Below are positions 12,428 through 24,511 of a stretch of 64,000 nucleotides of DNA, piece after piece. Position numbers and translations under genes: made by a program. Where the stretch lies: NCBI RefSeq assembly GCF_030144855.1, contig NC_082739.1, positions 14,074,001-14,138,000 on the forward strand, written 5' to 3'. How positions within the stretch are numbered: position 1 is the stretch's first letter; every line of letters starts with the position of its first letter. The notes under the pieces were generated by a model. It saw only the letters and a program-made list of their open reading frames with translations. It did no database searches and had not been told where the DNA came from. This DNA comes from Hypanus sabinus. Lineage: Eukaryota.

Positions 12428-15087
12428 TATAAGACTATAAGACATAGGAGCAGAAATAGGCCATTTGGTTCAATCATGGTTGATCCCTTTTTCCACTCCT
12501 CAGCCCCACTCCCTGACCTTCTCTCCATAAACTTTAATGCCATGTCCAATCAAGAACCTATCAAGCTCTGCCTTAAATACACCCAACGACCTGGCCTCCA
12601 CAGCTGCCTGTGGTAATAATTTCCACAAATTCACCACCCTCTGGCTGAAGAATTTTCTTCGCTCTCTGTTTTAAATGGACGCCCCTCTATCCTGAAGCTG
12701 TACCTTCTTGTCCTAGACTCTCCCACTATGGGAAACATTCTTTCCATGTCTACTCTGTCTAGGCCTTTCAACATTAGAAATGTTTCAATGAGATTCCCCC
12801 TCATCCTTCTAAATTCCAGCGAGTACAGACCCAGAGCCATCAAACATTCCTCATATGATAACCCTTTCATTCCTGGAATCATCCTTGTGAACCTCCTCTG
12901 AACCCTCTCCAATGCTAGCACATCTTTTCTTAGACGAGGAGCCCAAAACTGTTCACAATACTCAAGGTGAGGCCTCACCAGTGCCTTATAAAGCCTCAGC
13001 ATCACATCCTTGCTCTTGCATTCTTGACCTCTTGAACTGAATGCAAACATTACATTTGCCTTCCGTACCACCAACTCAACCTGCAAGTTAACCTTTAGGG
13101 TGTTCTGCACAAGGACTCCCAAGTTACTTTGCATCTCAGAGTTATGGATTTTCTCCTCGTTTAGAAAATAGTCTACACATTTATTTCTACTACCAAAGTG
13201 CATGACCATGCATTTTCCAACATTGTATTTCATTTGCCACTTTCTTGCCCATTCTCCTAATCTAAGTCCCTCTGCATCCTACCTGTTTCCTCAACACTAC
13301 CTGCCCCTCCACCAATCTTTGTATCATCTGCAAACTTGGCAACAAAGCTATCTATTCCAACTTCTAAATCATTTATACACAGCATAAAAACAAGTAGTCC
13401 CAAGACTGTCTCCTGTGGAACACCACTAGTCACCGGCAGCAAACCAGACAAGAATCCTTTTATTCCAACTTGCTGCCGTCTACCAATCAACCAATGCTCT
13501 AACCATGTCAGTAACTTTCCTGTAATACCATGGGCTCTTAACTTAGTAAGCAGCCTCATGTGTGGCACCTTGTCAAAGGCCTTCTGAAAGTCCAAATATA
13601 CAACATCCACTGCATCCCATTTATCTATCCTATGAGTAATCCCCTCAAAGAATTCCAACAGGTTTGTCATGTAAGATTTTTCCTTAAGGGTATCAAGCTA
13701 ACTTTGTCCTATTTTGTCCTGTCTCACAAAGTACTCCATAACCTCATCCTTAACAATTGACTCCAACATCTTCCCAACCACTGAGGTCAGGCTAACTGGT
13801 CTATTATTTCCTTTCTGTTGCCTTCCTCCTTTTTTAAAGAGTGGAGTGACATTTGCAATTTTCCAGTCCTCTGGCACCATGCCAGAGTCCAATAATTTTT
13901 GAGAGATCATTACCAATGTCTCCACAATCTCTACCACTACCTCTTTGTTCATTTGGTCCAGGTGACTTATGTACCCTTAGGTCTTTCAGCCTTTCTCCCT
14001 TGTAACAGTAACTGCACTCACTTCTCTTCTCTCACACCCTTCAACATCGGGCACACTGCTAGTGTCTTCCACAGTGAAGACTGATGCAAAACACTCATTT
14101 AGTTCATCTGCCATCTCCTTGGCCACCATTATTATTTCTCTAGCCTAATTTTCTAGCGGTCCTATATCCACTGTCATCTTTCTTTTACAGTATTTTTTTT
14201 TACATATTTGAAAAAACTTTTATTATCCACTTTGATATTGTTTGCTAGCTTGCTTTCATATTTCATCTTTTCCCTCCTAATGATTTTTTTTTAGTTGCTT
14301 TCTCTAGGGTTTAAAAACCTTCCCAATCCTCTGTCTTCCCACTAATTTTTGTTTTGTTATATGCCCTCTCTTTTGCTTTTAAATTAGCTTTGACTTCCCT
14401 TGTCAGCTGTGGTTGTACTATTTTGCCATTTGAGCATTTCTTCGTTTTTGGAATACACATGTCCTGCACCTTCCTCATTTTTCCCAGAAACTTGTGCCAT
14501 TGCTGCTCTACTGACATCCCTGGCAGGCGCTCCTTCCAATTTACTTTGGCCAACTCCTCTCTCATACCACTGTAATTACCCTTACTCCACTGAAATACTG
14601 TTACATCAGACTTTCTCCCTATCAAATTTCAGATTGAATACAATCATATTGTGATCACTGGTTCCTAAGGGTTCTTTTACCTTCAGCTCCCTAATCACCT
14701 CCGGTTCATTACATAACACCCAATCCAGTATAGTTGATCCCCTAGTAGGCTCAATACAAACTGCTCTAAAAAGCCGTCGCTTAGGCATTCTATAAACTCA
14801 CTCTCTTGAGATCTATTTCCAACCTAATTTTCCCAATTGACCTGCATGTTGAAATCTCCCATGACTATCATAAGATCGCCCTTTTGACATTTCTATTTCC
14901 TGTTGTAATCTGTGGACCACATCCCAGCCGCTTTTGGGAGGCCTGTTTTTAACTGCCATCAGGGTCCTTTTACCCTTGCAGTTTCTTTACTCAACCCACA
15001 AGGATTCAACATCTTCCAATCTTATGTCAAATCTTTCCACTGACTTCGTGCCATTCTTTACCAGCACAGCCATGCCACCATCTCTGC
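12428..15087 (-). mobile_element. CR1 LINE, 5'-truncated, degenerate ORF2
   Basis: ORF fragments EPTRG..ILDWVL, SDHN, WKIANVTPLFKKG, YLDFQKAFDKVPH, SGVPQ, KFADDTK, LYKALVRPHLEYC. 3' tail (tcttatag)-type. Confidence 0.92.
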
Positions 15088-15089
15088 CT

Positions 15090-15175
15090 AAGGGTCTCGG
15101 CCCGAAATGTCGACAGTGCTTCTCCCTATAGATGCTGCCTGGCCTGCTGCGTTCCACCAGCATTTTGTGTGTGTT
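15090..15175 (+). mobile_element. Penelope-derived terminal repeat fragment
   Basis: agggtctcggcccgaaatgtcgac...atagatgctgcctggcctgctg..ccagcattttgtg, the same motif as the 3' end of the PLE at 25270-26350. Confidence 0.7.
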
Positions 15176-15436
15176 CCTCCGATATATTTCATGTGTTGGC
15201 TTCTATTTCTTCTAAGGTGCAGAATTCTGCCAAATATATGAAGAATTGTACTCCTCATCTCTGTCCTAAATGTCTTCAGGAGGACTAGAATTAAAAGCAA
15301 GGCTGAACTGCTGAGGCTTCATAAGGCATTGGTAAGACTGCATTTGGAATATTCTGAGCAATTTTGAGCTCCCTATCTAAAGAAGGATGTACTGGCTGTG
15401 GAAAGGGTCCAGAGAAGGTTCATAAAATGATCCCAT

Positions 15437-16302
15437 GACTGGATCCTCAGCTTCCTAACCGGAAGACCACAATCTGTGCGGATTGGAAATAATATCTCCA
15501 CCTCGCTGACAATTAACACTTGTGCTCCACAGGGGCGTGTGCTTAACCCACTGCTCTACTCTCTCTATACCCACAACTGTGTGGCTAGGCATAGCTCAAA
15601 TACCATCTAGAAATGTGCTGATGACACAACCATTGTGGGCAGAATTTCCGATGGTGGTGAAAGGGAGAGATATGTTGAGTGGTGTTGCAGCGATGACTTT
15701 GCACTCAATGTCAGTAAGACCAAAGAGCTGATTGTGGACTTCAGGAAGGGTAAGATGAGTGAACTCACACCAGTCCTCATAGAGGGATCAGAAGTGTAAA
15801 GGGTGAGCAGTTTCAAGTTCCTGGGTGTCAATATCTCTGAGGACCTAACCTGGCCCCAACATATTGAAGCAGCTATAAAGAAGGCAAGACAGTGGCTATA
15901 TTTCATTAGAAGTTTGAGGAGATTTGGTTTGTCACCTAAAACACTCAGAAACTTCTACAAATGTACTGTGGAGAAGCATTCTGACTGGCAACATCACAAT
16001 CTGGTATGGGGGTTGCCGGCTAGGGGCTACTGCACAAGATCGAAATAAGTTGCAGAGAGTTGTAAAATTGGTCAGCTCTATCATGGGTACCAGCGTCTGT
16101 GGTACCCAAGACACCTTCAAGGAGTGATGCCTTAGGAAGGTGGCGTCCATCATTAAGGATCCCCATCACCCAGGACATGCCCTCTTCTCATTATTACCGT
16201 TGGGAAGGAGGGACAGAAGCCTGAAGGCACACACTCAGCGATTCAGGGACAGAAGTTAACAAATTTCACGACATATGCCGGTGATATTAAATCTGATTCT
16301 GA
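15437..16302 (+). mobile_element. Rex1/Babar-like LINE 3' fragment, inserted in a CR1 remnant
   Basis: SSFKFLGV.ISEDL.W..HI...KKARQ.LYFIRSLRRFG and tail tctgattctgat. CR1 3' remnants at ~15280-15436 and ~16310-16720. Confidence 0.85.
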
Positions 16303-17149
16303 TATAAGGACTGTTTGATATCTCTGGGCTTATATACAATGCTGTTTAGAAGGATGAGGGCAGATCTCATTGAAACCTACTGTATACCAGAAGTCTTGTA
16401 TAGAGTGGGCAAGTAGAGAGTGTTTCCATTAGTACGAGAGGCTAGGATCTGAGGGCATAGTCTCAGAATAAAGGGATGTCACTTTAAGACTGAAAGGCAG
16501 AGGAATTTCTTCAGCAAGAGGGTGGTGAATCTGTGGAACTTATTGCCACTGAGGGCTGTGGAGGCCAAGTCCTTTGGGTGTACTTAAGGCAGAGATCGAC
16601 AAACTCTTAATTGGTAAGGGCTTAAGGATCGCGGGGAGAAGGGAGAAGAATGGAGTTGAGAAAAGAAAGTAGACTCAATGGGCTGAATGGCCTAATTCTG
16701 CTATATTTTATGGTCTAATGGTTTTACCATCTATCCTGAGTCTATGCCCTGTCCTGAACCCCTGACAAGGGGAATATTCTTCCTGCATGTACTCTGTGTA
16801 CCCTTTCCTACTTGTAAACTGCAGTAAATGAGTGCCCACCTAACACAATCTCTCCTCAGATGACAGTCCTACAATCTGAGGACTCAGTCTGGTGAACCTT
16901 TTCTACACACTAAGTAAGGAGACTGAGAGAGCACACAATATCCCTTTACGATTATAGCAAGGCAGTCATTCTGTACTCAGTCTCTTGCAATGAAGGCCTA
17001 CATCTCATTTCCATATTAATTTCAGTGATAGGAAGGATTAGTAAAGTGCAACTGCTTTCTTCCAAGCCAATAGACCCAGCACTGAGGCCCCAGCTGTGTT
17101 AGGGAATCGCTCGTGTACACAAGATTCCCATTTCCATTTTGAGCTTAGT

Positions 17150-17470
17150 CATTGGAAGAGGTTTCCAGATTGACAAAGGAAAAGTCTCAACTTACTGCTT
17201 CAGCATCTCCTTGAAAAACTGCAGCATCCCCCCTGACCCTTGGGGATCTCTGTCCCAGAACCACTCAAAGTGGAGAGGGAACATCTGGGATGGTAATGAG
17301 AACCTCTAATCCATGCAGTGGGAGCCCATGGTATTCTAGTCTAAACCACCTTACAAGTTACCCACCTCTCTCCCACTCAGGCACCGATGACAGCCTCATC
17401 AGTCACCTCAGAACCATAAAGCTGGAGTGGAAGTAGGTCATCCTCGATTCTGAGGGCCTGACTAAGAAGG
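17150..17470 (+). mobile_element. RTE-like LINE 3' remnant
   Basis: Degenerate tccttgaaaaactgcagcatcc...cctcatcagtcacctcagaacc...gtcatcctcgattctgaggg. Confidence 0.45.
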
Positions 17471-19824
17471 GTGAAGTTTGTGGTTGAGGGTGTCAACAAA
17501 GCTGGAGTAACAGAAGAGCAGAAGACAATGACAAGCATTAAACTGGACCACACACAGTGGAAATACTATTATTTTTTTTAAGCAGAGTTGATTCCATTAG
17601 TGCATTTTGGCTCATTTCCCTGTCTGCTACTCCTTTTCCTGAATATTTGTTGTTCCATAATCAGTCATGATATTTGACTCTCCCTGAATTAGATTCCTCT
17701 CTGTCATTCATTTCTGGTAACATTTAAAGCACCACCAACCTCCATGCTCTCTAAACCTTTCTGTTATAGCCTGTAACTCACTTTCAGTATTTTGATAAAT
17801 ATATACCATTTAAATCAACAGACTCTGCGTCTTTAATCTGGTGGTCACTGCTTTATGTTTCTTTCTGGCCTGGTCTGACACGATATGACAGGAAATGCCT
17901 CTGTGCCAGCTGACTGATGGAACCCTCCCAATTCTGTTGAACGTTTCCTTCTATGTATTCAAGGGTAAACATTTTGCAACTAATGAGTCTCCAACACTGC
18001 CCAACTCCACAAGGAAAAGATCAAATAAGGTTGAAGTCACAAAATGGCTCCAGCTATAAATAAAAATGCTTGCTGAGTGCAGTTTTGCAAAGTTTTGTTA
18101 ATCTGTAATTGGATTAGTCAATCATTGTTTTGAAAGATGCAGGATATAAGTGAAGCCCAGATAACTTACTGATTCAAGCAATTTAAAAAACCTGAAAATC
18201 CCTGACTGGTCCAAAGTATGGTTTTATTGCTCCATGTCCTGAAATGTACAATCCAAAAAGAAGTCATTAAACCCATCATAGTTTTTACTTATGCTAACTT
18301 AACTAAAATGTATTTTCTACGCTCCCTTGAATCTCTTTATATTTGTTCCTGGTATATTCTCTTTTAAATGATTTACCGTACAGTTTAAGATCTTGGAAAT
18401 GTAAGGGTTTGGAAAAGAATTAATAAGGAAAATAGTAACTTTTCCCATTGGTGGGAGGAATCTATAGGAAGAGGACACAAACCTCATTTTATAGTGAAGT
18501 ATGGGAGGAAGAAATCAGTATTTAGGAACAACACATTTTTGCTCCCCAAAAGGAGATGAAGCCAAGGAGAGTGATATTAGGTTGTAAATCTCCTGTGATC
18601 TTGCTGAATGGTGGATCAGCCTCAGCATAGGAAAAATCAGGAATGGCTGTTCATCTGCTCAGATTGGCTCTGCCATAAGTTCGACGCTCATCTTTCAGCA
18701 CATAGCTATTTTCCAGTATTAACTCCATTTTTTTTAATTCCTCAAAAATCTATCCATCTCAGTCTTGACCAAGCTGCCACAGCCCTTTGGGAGGGAATTC
18801 CAAAAGTGAAAACTTTATTCCCATCTCCTTGCTGAATGGCCGACCCTTTGTATTGAGACCATGATGTCTGGTTATGGAAGCCCCAGTCAGGGAAAACATC
18901 ATTTTTGCATTCACTTATTCAAATCCTGTGGATATTTGAATATTTCAGTCACATCCCTTTCTCCTAGACTCTTGATAGTAAATGTCCAGCCTGCTTATCT
19001 GCTCTTTGCAGAACAAGAACATATCTCAAGAACAGCTCCTCATGTTCCAGTTTCCATTCATAAAGCCCTCTCTTCATTACTAAACTTTCGCCTTTCTTTC
19101 CCTGTAACTCAGTTACTCTAAGAGGAGGATCAGTCTGCCAAGACTTCACTATTTCAACTTCAAGGCCGAAGCACATCTCTTATAATTTGTTGTCATAGCT
19201 CTTTTTGAATGGTCAAGGCAAACTGTGATCCTAAACTGAACTAAATGGTTGAGATAACTGTGAGTGAGATAACTGAAATAACTGAAATAACTCTCAACAG
19301 TTCCTCATTCTATCTTCTTCATTGAATGTTGCCCCACGGTTACTGGAAAGGCCAAATGGTGTCCGCTATGAGAATAATTTTTGCCCTCTCTAACCAGTTC
19401 CTCCAGTAACTATACCTTGGCTGATTTGGAGTATTACGCTCAAACTAAACTTACCCTAGAATCAGGTATTTGTGGGTTCAAGGCTCAATCAGTTATCATA
19501 CATTAGGGCAGCACAGAAACAAGGCTGTATCATCCCAGATATCATCATATAGACCAGAGGATAGGTTGAGTCTTTCTATCATTTACAATGGTCGAGAAGG
19601 ACTTCCAGCTGTCATATTGAAAAAAGATGGGATGTCGGGATCCCCCAATGGAAGGCAACAAAATAAACAATTTCAACAAAGGATGTAGGCAATAGGCAGG
19701 TAACTATAAGCTGTTAGTTTAACATCTGTAGTTGGGAAAATGTAGTCTAGATGGAGTACAATGTTGGTAAATGCAAGGTCATCCACTTTGGAAGGAAAAT
19801 GGAAGATCAGATTATTATTTAGAT

Positions 19825-21253
19825 CATATATGTCAAACTCAAACTCTTTGGCCCGCGAGATAATATCTAATTACTATTAAACCTGGCCCCAGTAATCGAA
19901 GCGCCTATGGCGCATGATATGGCTAATGCTGAGTTTATTCAGGTACCAGGTTTTCAGGGTTTTTAGTGTTTATTCGGTTTCCCTGGTTTATTTCCTGAAT
20001 ATTATTAATGAATAATTTTTTTCTCTATCAGAGCTGGCCCGCCGGTATATTGCATGCACCACTAATACTACAAATCCCACAATGCACTGCCAGTGCATTG
20101 CTCGCGCTTGCCTTACTCTCTCATCAGCAGCCTTATGGCGCTAGTCACGTTGGTCAACTTTCAGCTCCCTCACCCCAAAAATGGCTGAACGAAAGGTGGA
20201 CTTTGAAAACAGGGGTTTTCAAGGCAGGTGGGAGGCAGAGTATATGTTCGCAGATATAAAGGGCAAACCTGTTTGTCTTGTGTGCGGAGACGGTGTGGCT
20301 GTAATTAAACTCCAATGTAGTGACACACTCAAGGCAAAGTATGACTCAGTGGGCGCTGCACAGTTGCTACGTTTCATTCCCGACACGATGCCCCAGCTGC
20401 GTACCCAAGCTGCTCAAATGCTCTCTATGTTTGGCAGCACATATCTGTCTGAACAACTGTTCTCTTTGATGAAGATAAACAAAACATCACACAGGGGTCG
20501 TCTTTCTGATGAACACCTTCACTCAATTCTGAGGATTTCCTCAGCTCAGAGCCTGACTCCAAACATTGATGAACTTGCATCCAAGATGAGATGCCAAGTA
20601 TCTGGCTTAGACTCGTGTGAATCACAGAGTGTTGGCCTGTGGAAAAATGTTTTCATTAGAAATTACTCCGGAAAAGCTGCAGATAAAGCCATAAGAAATA
20701 AATGTAACAGATTTTTTATTTATTTAATGTTCAATGTTGTTTTTGTAGGCAATAAACTAAGCTTTGTTAGTTCCAGGTTAATATGTGTAATAAATTCATT
20801 TCAATAAGTTTTGCAAATAAACACTGAACCAGTCCGGCCCTTGACTTGTACCGATTTTTAAATTTTGGCCCACTGTGTACATGAGTTTGACACCCCTGCG
20901 TTAGGTCTACATTTGTTTGCTAATGCTTGATTTCAAGTGGTTTATTAATGGAAAAGGTATGGCTCCCAAAACAATCTTAGCCGAAATAGCATCGTTTCTT
21001 TCTCGTTGCCTACTTTCTTGTAATCTACGTCTGTAAGTTAATACCAATCATAAAAAGAATGCTTGCTAGGCAATCTGCTTCATAAAAAACGAAACTCGTA
21101 AAGTGAAACAGACTGAGACACATGAGAGCAGGTTGAAAAAATGAAGGCAACGAAAGCTGTGGGAGCACGTGCGCGCGCACAACTGATCCGGCCCGCATGA
21201 AGTCGCATTTTTCTCAATCCGGCCCGTGACCTAAAATGAGTTTGACACCCCTG
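19825..21253 (+). mobile_element. hAT (Buster/Charlie-type) internally deleted DNA transposon
   Basis: Exact 8-bp TSD ATTTAGAT (19817-19824, 21254-21261) with central TA. Left end CATATATGTCAAACTCA, right end TGAGTTTGACACCCCTG. Transposase remnants inside. Confidence 0.9.
20181..20807 (+). pseudogene. Internally deleted hAT transposase ORF (GTF2IRD2/Charlie-like N-terminus fused to C-terminal dimerisation region)
   Basis: N-terminal RKVD.ENR.FQ.RWE.EY.F....GKPVCLVC joined in frame to LQC...MFGSTYL.EQLFS.MK.NK...R.RL.DEHL..ILRIS. Confidence 0.85.
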
Positions 21254-22129
21254 ATTTAGATGGTAAAAAAAAATGCAGTATGTTGCTGTGCTGAGGGACT
21301 TGGGAGTGTTTGTGCATGAATCACAAAAGTTTGGTTTGCAGGTACAGCAGGCTATCAAGGAGGCAAATGGAATGTTGGTCTTCATTGCTAGAGGGATTGA
21401 ATGTAAGAGCAGGGAGGTCATGCTGCAACTATACAGGGTACTGTTGAGGCCACACCTGGAGTACTGTGTGCAGTTCTCGTCTCCTTACTTGAGGAAGAAT
21501 ATACTGGCTTTGGAGGTGGTGCAGTTCACCATGTTGATTCCAGAGATAAGGGAGTTAGACTATGGGGAGAGATTGAGTCGCCTGGGACTGTACTCACTGG
21601 AATTCAGAAGATCGAGAGGAGATCTTATAGAAACATATAAAATTACGAAAGGGATAGATAAGATAGAGGCAGGAAAGTTGTTTCCACTGGTAGGTAAGAC
21701 TAGAACTAGGGAACATTGCCTCAAGATTCAGGGGAATCGATTTAGGACAGAGATGAGGAGAAACTGTTTTTCTCAAAGAGTGGTGAATCTGTGGAATTCT
21801 CTGCCCAATGAAGCAGTGGAGGCTGCCTCAGTAAATATATTTAAGACAAGGTAGGATAGATCTTTTGCGTAGTAGGGGAATTAAGGGTAATGGGGAAAAG
21901 ACAGGTAGGTGGAGATGAGTCGTGATTGTATTGAATGGTGCAGCAAGCTTGATGGGCCAGGTGGTCTACTCTTGCTCCTATTTCTTATGTTTCTTACGTT
22001 GAATCGTACTGTTGTTCGTGCAAGAGGAAAGTGCCTTCCTGCCTAGATTGGGAAAGGGGTCAGAACGAAGGATGCCTGCTGCCCGGGGCAAAGGACAGCA
22101 GTGCTGGCCAAGGTGTCTCTGTCTACCGG

Positions 22130-22380
22130 GTGACTGCGGTATTTAGTGGCACCTTTAGGCAGTGAAGAGGGAAGAGATGTCACTGCGTGATCGTGAGCTG
22201 CTCATGGGGTATGGCGGGGAGGGAAAGGTCTGATCAGTGAGGCGACTCGCTTGTGGGGTAGACAGTGTCGGGACGGTGCGAGCAGTGACTGCACCTGAGT
22301 CTCCTCCCTCCTTCACCTGGGACACGCATTTCCTGCCTCTGCTTCCGCTGTCACCTGATGTCGCTTCGATCGGGGTCGGA
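22130..22380 (+). promoter_or_regulatory. Putative MPZL3 proximal promoter/5'UTR, locally CpG-rich
   Basis: Raised CpG density around exon 1, three CACCTG E-boxes and ETS-like TTCC cores (tttcctg, cttccg). TSS not determinable. Confidence 0.55.
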
Positions 22381-22468
22381 ATGAGCCTGAGATTTTGGAA
22401 TCTGGATCCTGATCGGAGCCCACACTGGATCCCTGCCCTTCTGCTCTTCCCCGTGTTGCTACTTCCAG
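22381..22468 (+). CDS. MPZL3: MPZL3-like exon 1 (signal peptide)
   Basis: ATG; MSLRFWNLDPDRSPHWIPALLLFPVLLLP with hydrophobic core; donor CAG|GTGAGT, phase 1. Confidence 0.85.
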
Positions 22469-23227
22469 GTGAGTCCGGGGCGCCTGAGCGGCCCGGGACC
22501 CAGAGAAAAACTTGAAGCAAACTTCCCCGGAGTGAGGAATGTGCCCATTCGCCACAGTTTCGCTGCGATTTTTTCGCCTCATTTCCAGGGTTGTTTTCGT
22601 TTTAAACATCCCGATTTAGTCCCAAGACACAGACCTGAAACGTTCATCACTCTCCAGACCCTACCTCCTCGCCCCCCAGCACCTCTCTTCCACCTCGGCC
22701 CAGCACTAGTCTCTTCTTCGGATACAAATCCCCCCCCCCCAGCTCGAGATATCCTCCTCGACATCAGTCCAACTTCCTTCTCAACCCCCCCTCCTCCTAC
22801 CAACCCTCCTTCTTGCCATTAGCTTCTCATTTCCCCCTTTATCCCTTCCTATTGTCCATCTCTGCCCCTCACCACTCCCCCCCCCCACCGTTCTCCCTTC
22901 CCCATTCATCCTCTCTCCAGGCCTAGCCCCATCATATATATTCTCTTTGCCCCATCTATCCTTCCCATCCCCACCTCCTTGGCAACTTTGAAACTAGCTT
23001 GTTTTCTCTCTCTCTCCCAGTTCTGTCAGAGTCTTTGACTTGAAACCTTGACCCCATTTCCCTCTCCACAGATGCTACCTGGCTGCTGAGTGTTTTGCAT
23101 TTTCACTTTTATAATTTAAACTGCCAGAACAATAACCTTGCTCCTGAAATTGAACTGTTATATGCTATTGATTGTCAAGGATTTGCATAATCACAGTTTA
23201 AACAATTTCAGTTTGCATCACAAACAG

Positions 23228-23541
23228 GAGAAAATCTGCAGACGCTGGAAATCCAAGCAACACACACAAAATGCTGGAGGCACACAGCAGGCCAGGCAGC
23301 ATCTATTGGATAAGAGTACAGTCAACATTTCGGGCCAAGGCCCTTCAGCAGGACTATACCCACCTGGCTTCACCTATCACCTTTCAGCCAGCCTCTTTCC
23401 CCTCCCTCCCCCTCATTTTTATTCTGGCATCTTCCCCCTTCATTCTCAGTCCTGCTGAAGGGTCTCGGCCCGAATCATCGACTGTACTCTTTTGCTCAGA
23501 TGTTGCCTGGCCTGCTGAGGTCCTCCAGCATTTTGTGCGTG
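23228..23541. mobile_element. Penelope-derived repeat with inverted terminal segment
   Basis: 23261-23355 is the reverse complement of 23448-23541, with mismatches. Both match the PLE terminal motif. Confidence 0.75.
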
Positions 23542-23643
23542 TCAGTCAGTTTACATCATGTTAGGTTAATATAGATACAAAACTATATTGCACTAGTTAA
23601 GTCTTTTCCCTTGGTGTTGACTGCTGTGTCCTTTGCAAAACAG

Positions 23644-23801
23644 GTGCTGCTTCTATCGAAGTTACTTTACCATCAAAGGTCAGAGGCTTCATTGGAGAGG
23701 ACATAGAACTGAATTGTAAATTCAAGTCGTCTTCTCCCATCACACAGCGTCTGACAGTGAATTGGTCTTTCCAACCAGCAAGTGGCGGATCAAGGCATGG
23801 T
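23644..23801 (+). CDS. MPZL3: MPZL3-like exon 2 (Ig-V N-half)
   Basis: Acceptor aacag|. Translation (G)AASIEVTLPSKVRGFIGEDIELNCKFKSSSPITQRLTVNWSFQPASGGSRHG has the Ig-V Cys and Trp. Donor |GTGAGT, phase 0. Not in the ORF track. Confidence 0.93.
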
Positions 23802-24444
23802 GTGAGTATCAGTGATAGTGTTGGTAGCAATGGTACCTATTTTGAAAAACTGTTTCATAGAATTGATGTACAATGACAATGTTTGTTCCTAATGGGTTTG
23901 ATTGTACTTTCTTGCTCAAATTAAAGAGTTTTGAAAAGATATATAGGCAATCACTTTCTTCCAACAAGAAATATGGTGAGTGTTTCAGTATAGTGTAAGT
24001 TATTTGCAACAAGTCTTCTTGGCAATTTTTCATTGTTACATTCTAATGTGGGCTAATGGAAATCTGGAACCTTTTCCTGAAAACTGCGATGAATCAATTA
24101 AAAATCTCGAAAGAGTATTGAGAGTCGAAGAGTCCATAGAGTGCAGAATCAGATGCTTTGGCCCATAGTCCATGCTGGCCTCGAGTACATATCCACACCA
24201 ACTGTTTTTCCAGCACTCAGCCCAAGGCTTTCATTGCTTTGATAATTGAAGTGCTTGTCCAAATATTTCTTAAATGTGAGAATACCCACTTCCACTACCC
24301 CTTCAGGCAATATGCTCCAGAATTTAATGACCTTTAAGAAAATATTTCCTCAGGTCCTCTCCACACCCTTTTTGCTTGCCAGGGTCTTACCATCTATTCT
24401 GATGCAGTGCATCACATTTTTCAAATTTACAATTTGCGTGTGTA

Positions 24445-24448
<4 letters not shown>

Positions 24449-24510
<62 letters not shown>
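24449..24510. repeat. (TA)n(TG)n compound microsatellite
   Basis: Seen directly. Confidence 0.98.

Positions 24511-24511
<1 letters not shown>

Larger units (their letters stand above)
19560..21980 (+). mobile_element. CR1 LINE fragment split by a hAT insertion
   Basis: RT C-terminal ORF 21273-21854 (RDLGV, LYRVLLRPHLEYCVQF, RRSRGDLIETYK). Sequence is contiguous across 19824/21254. Confidence 0.85.

Noticed and set aside
22237-22515. 92-aa ORF as a longer first exon
   Set aside because: It starts at GTG and reads through the strong donor at 22469. The ATG at 22381 gives a normal signal peptide.
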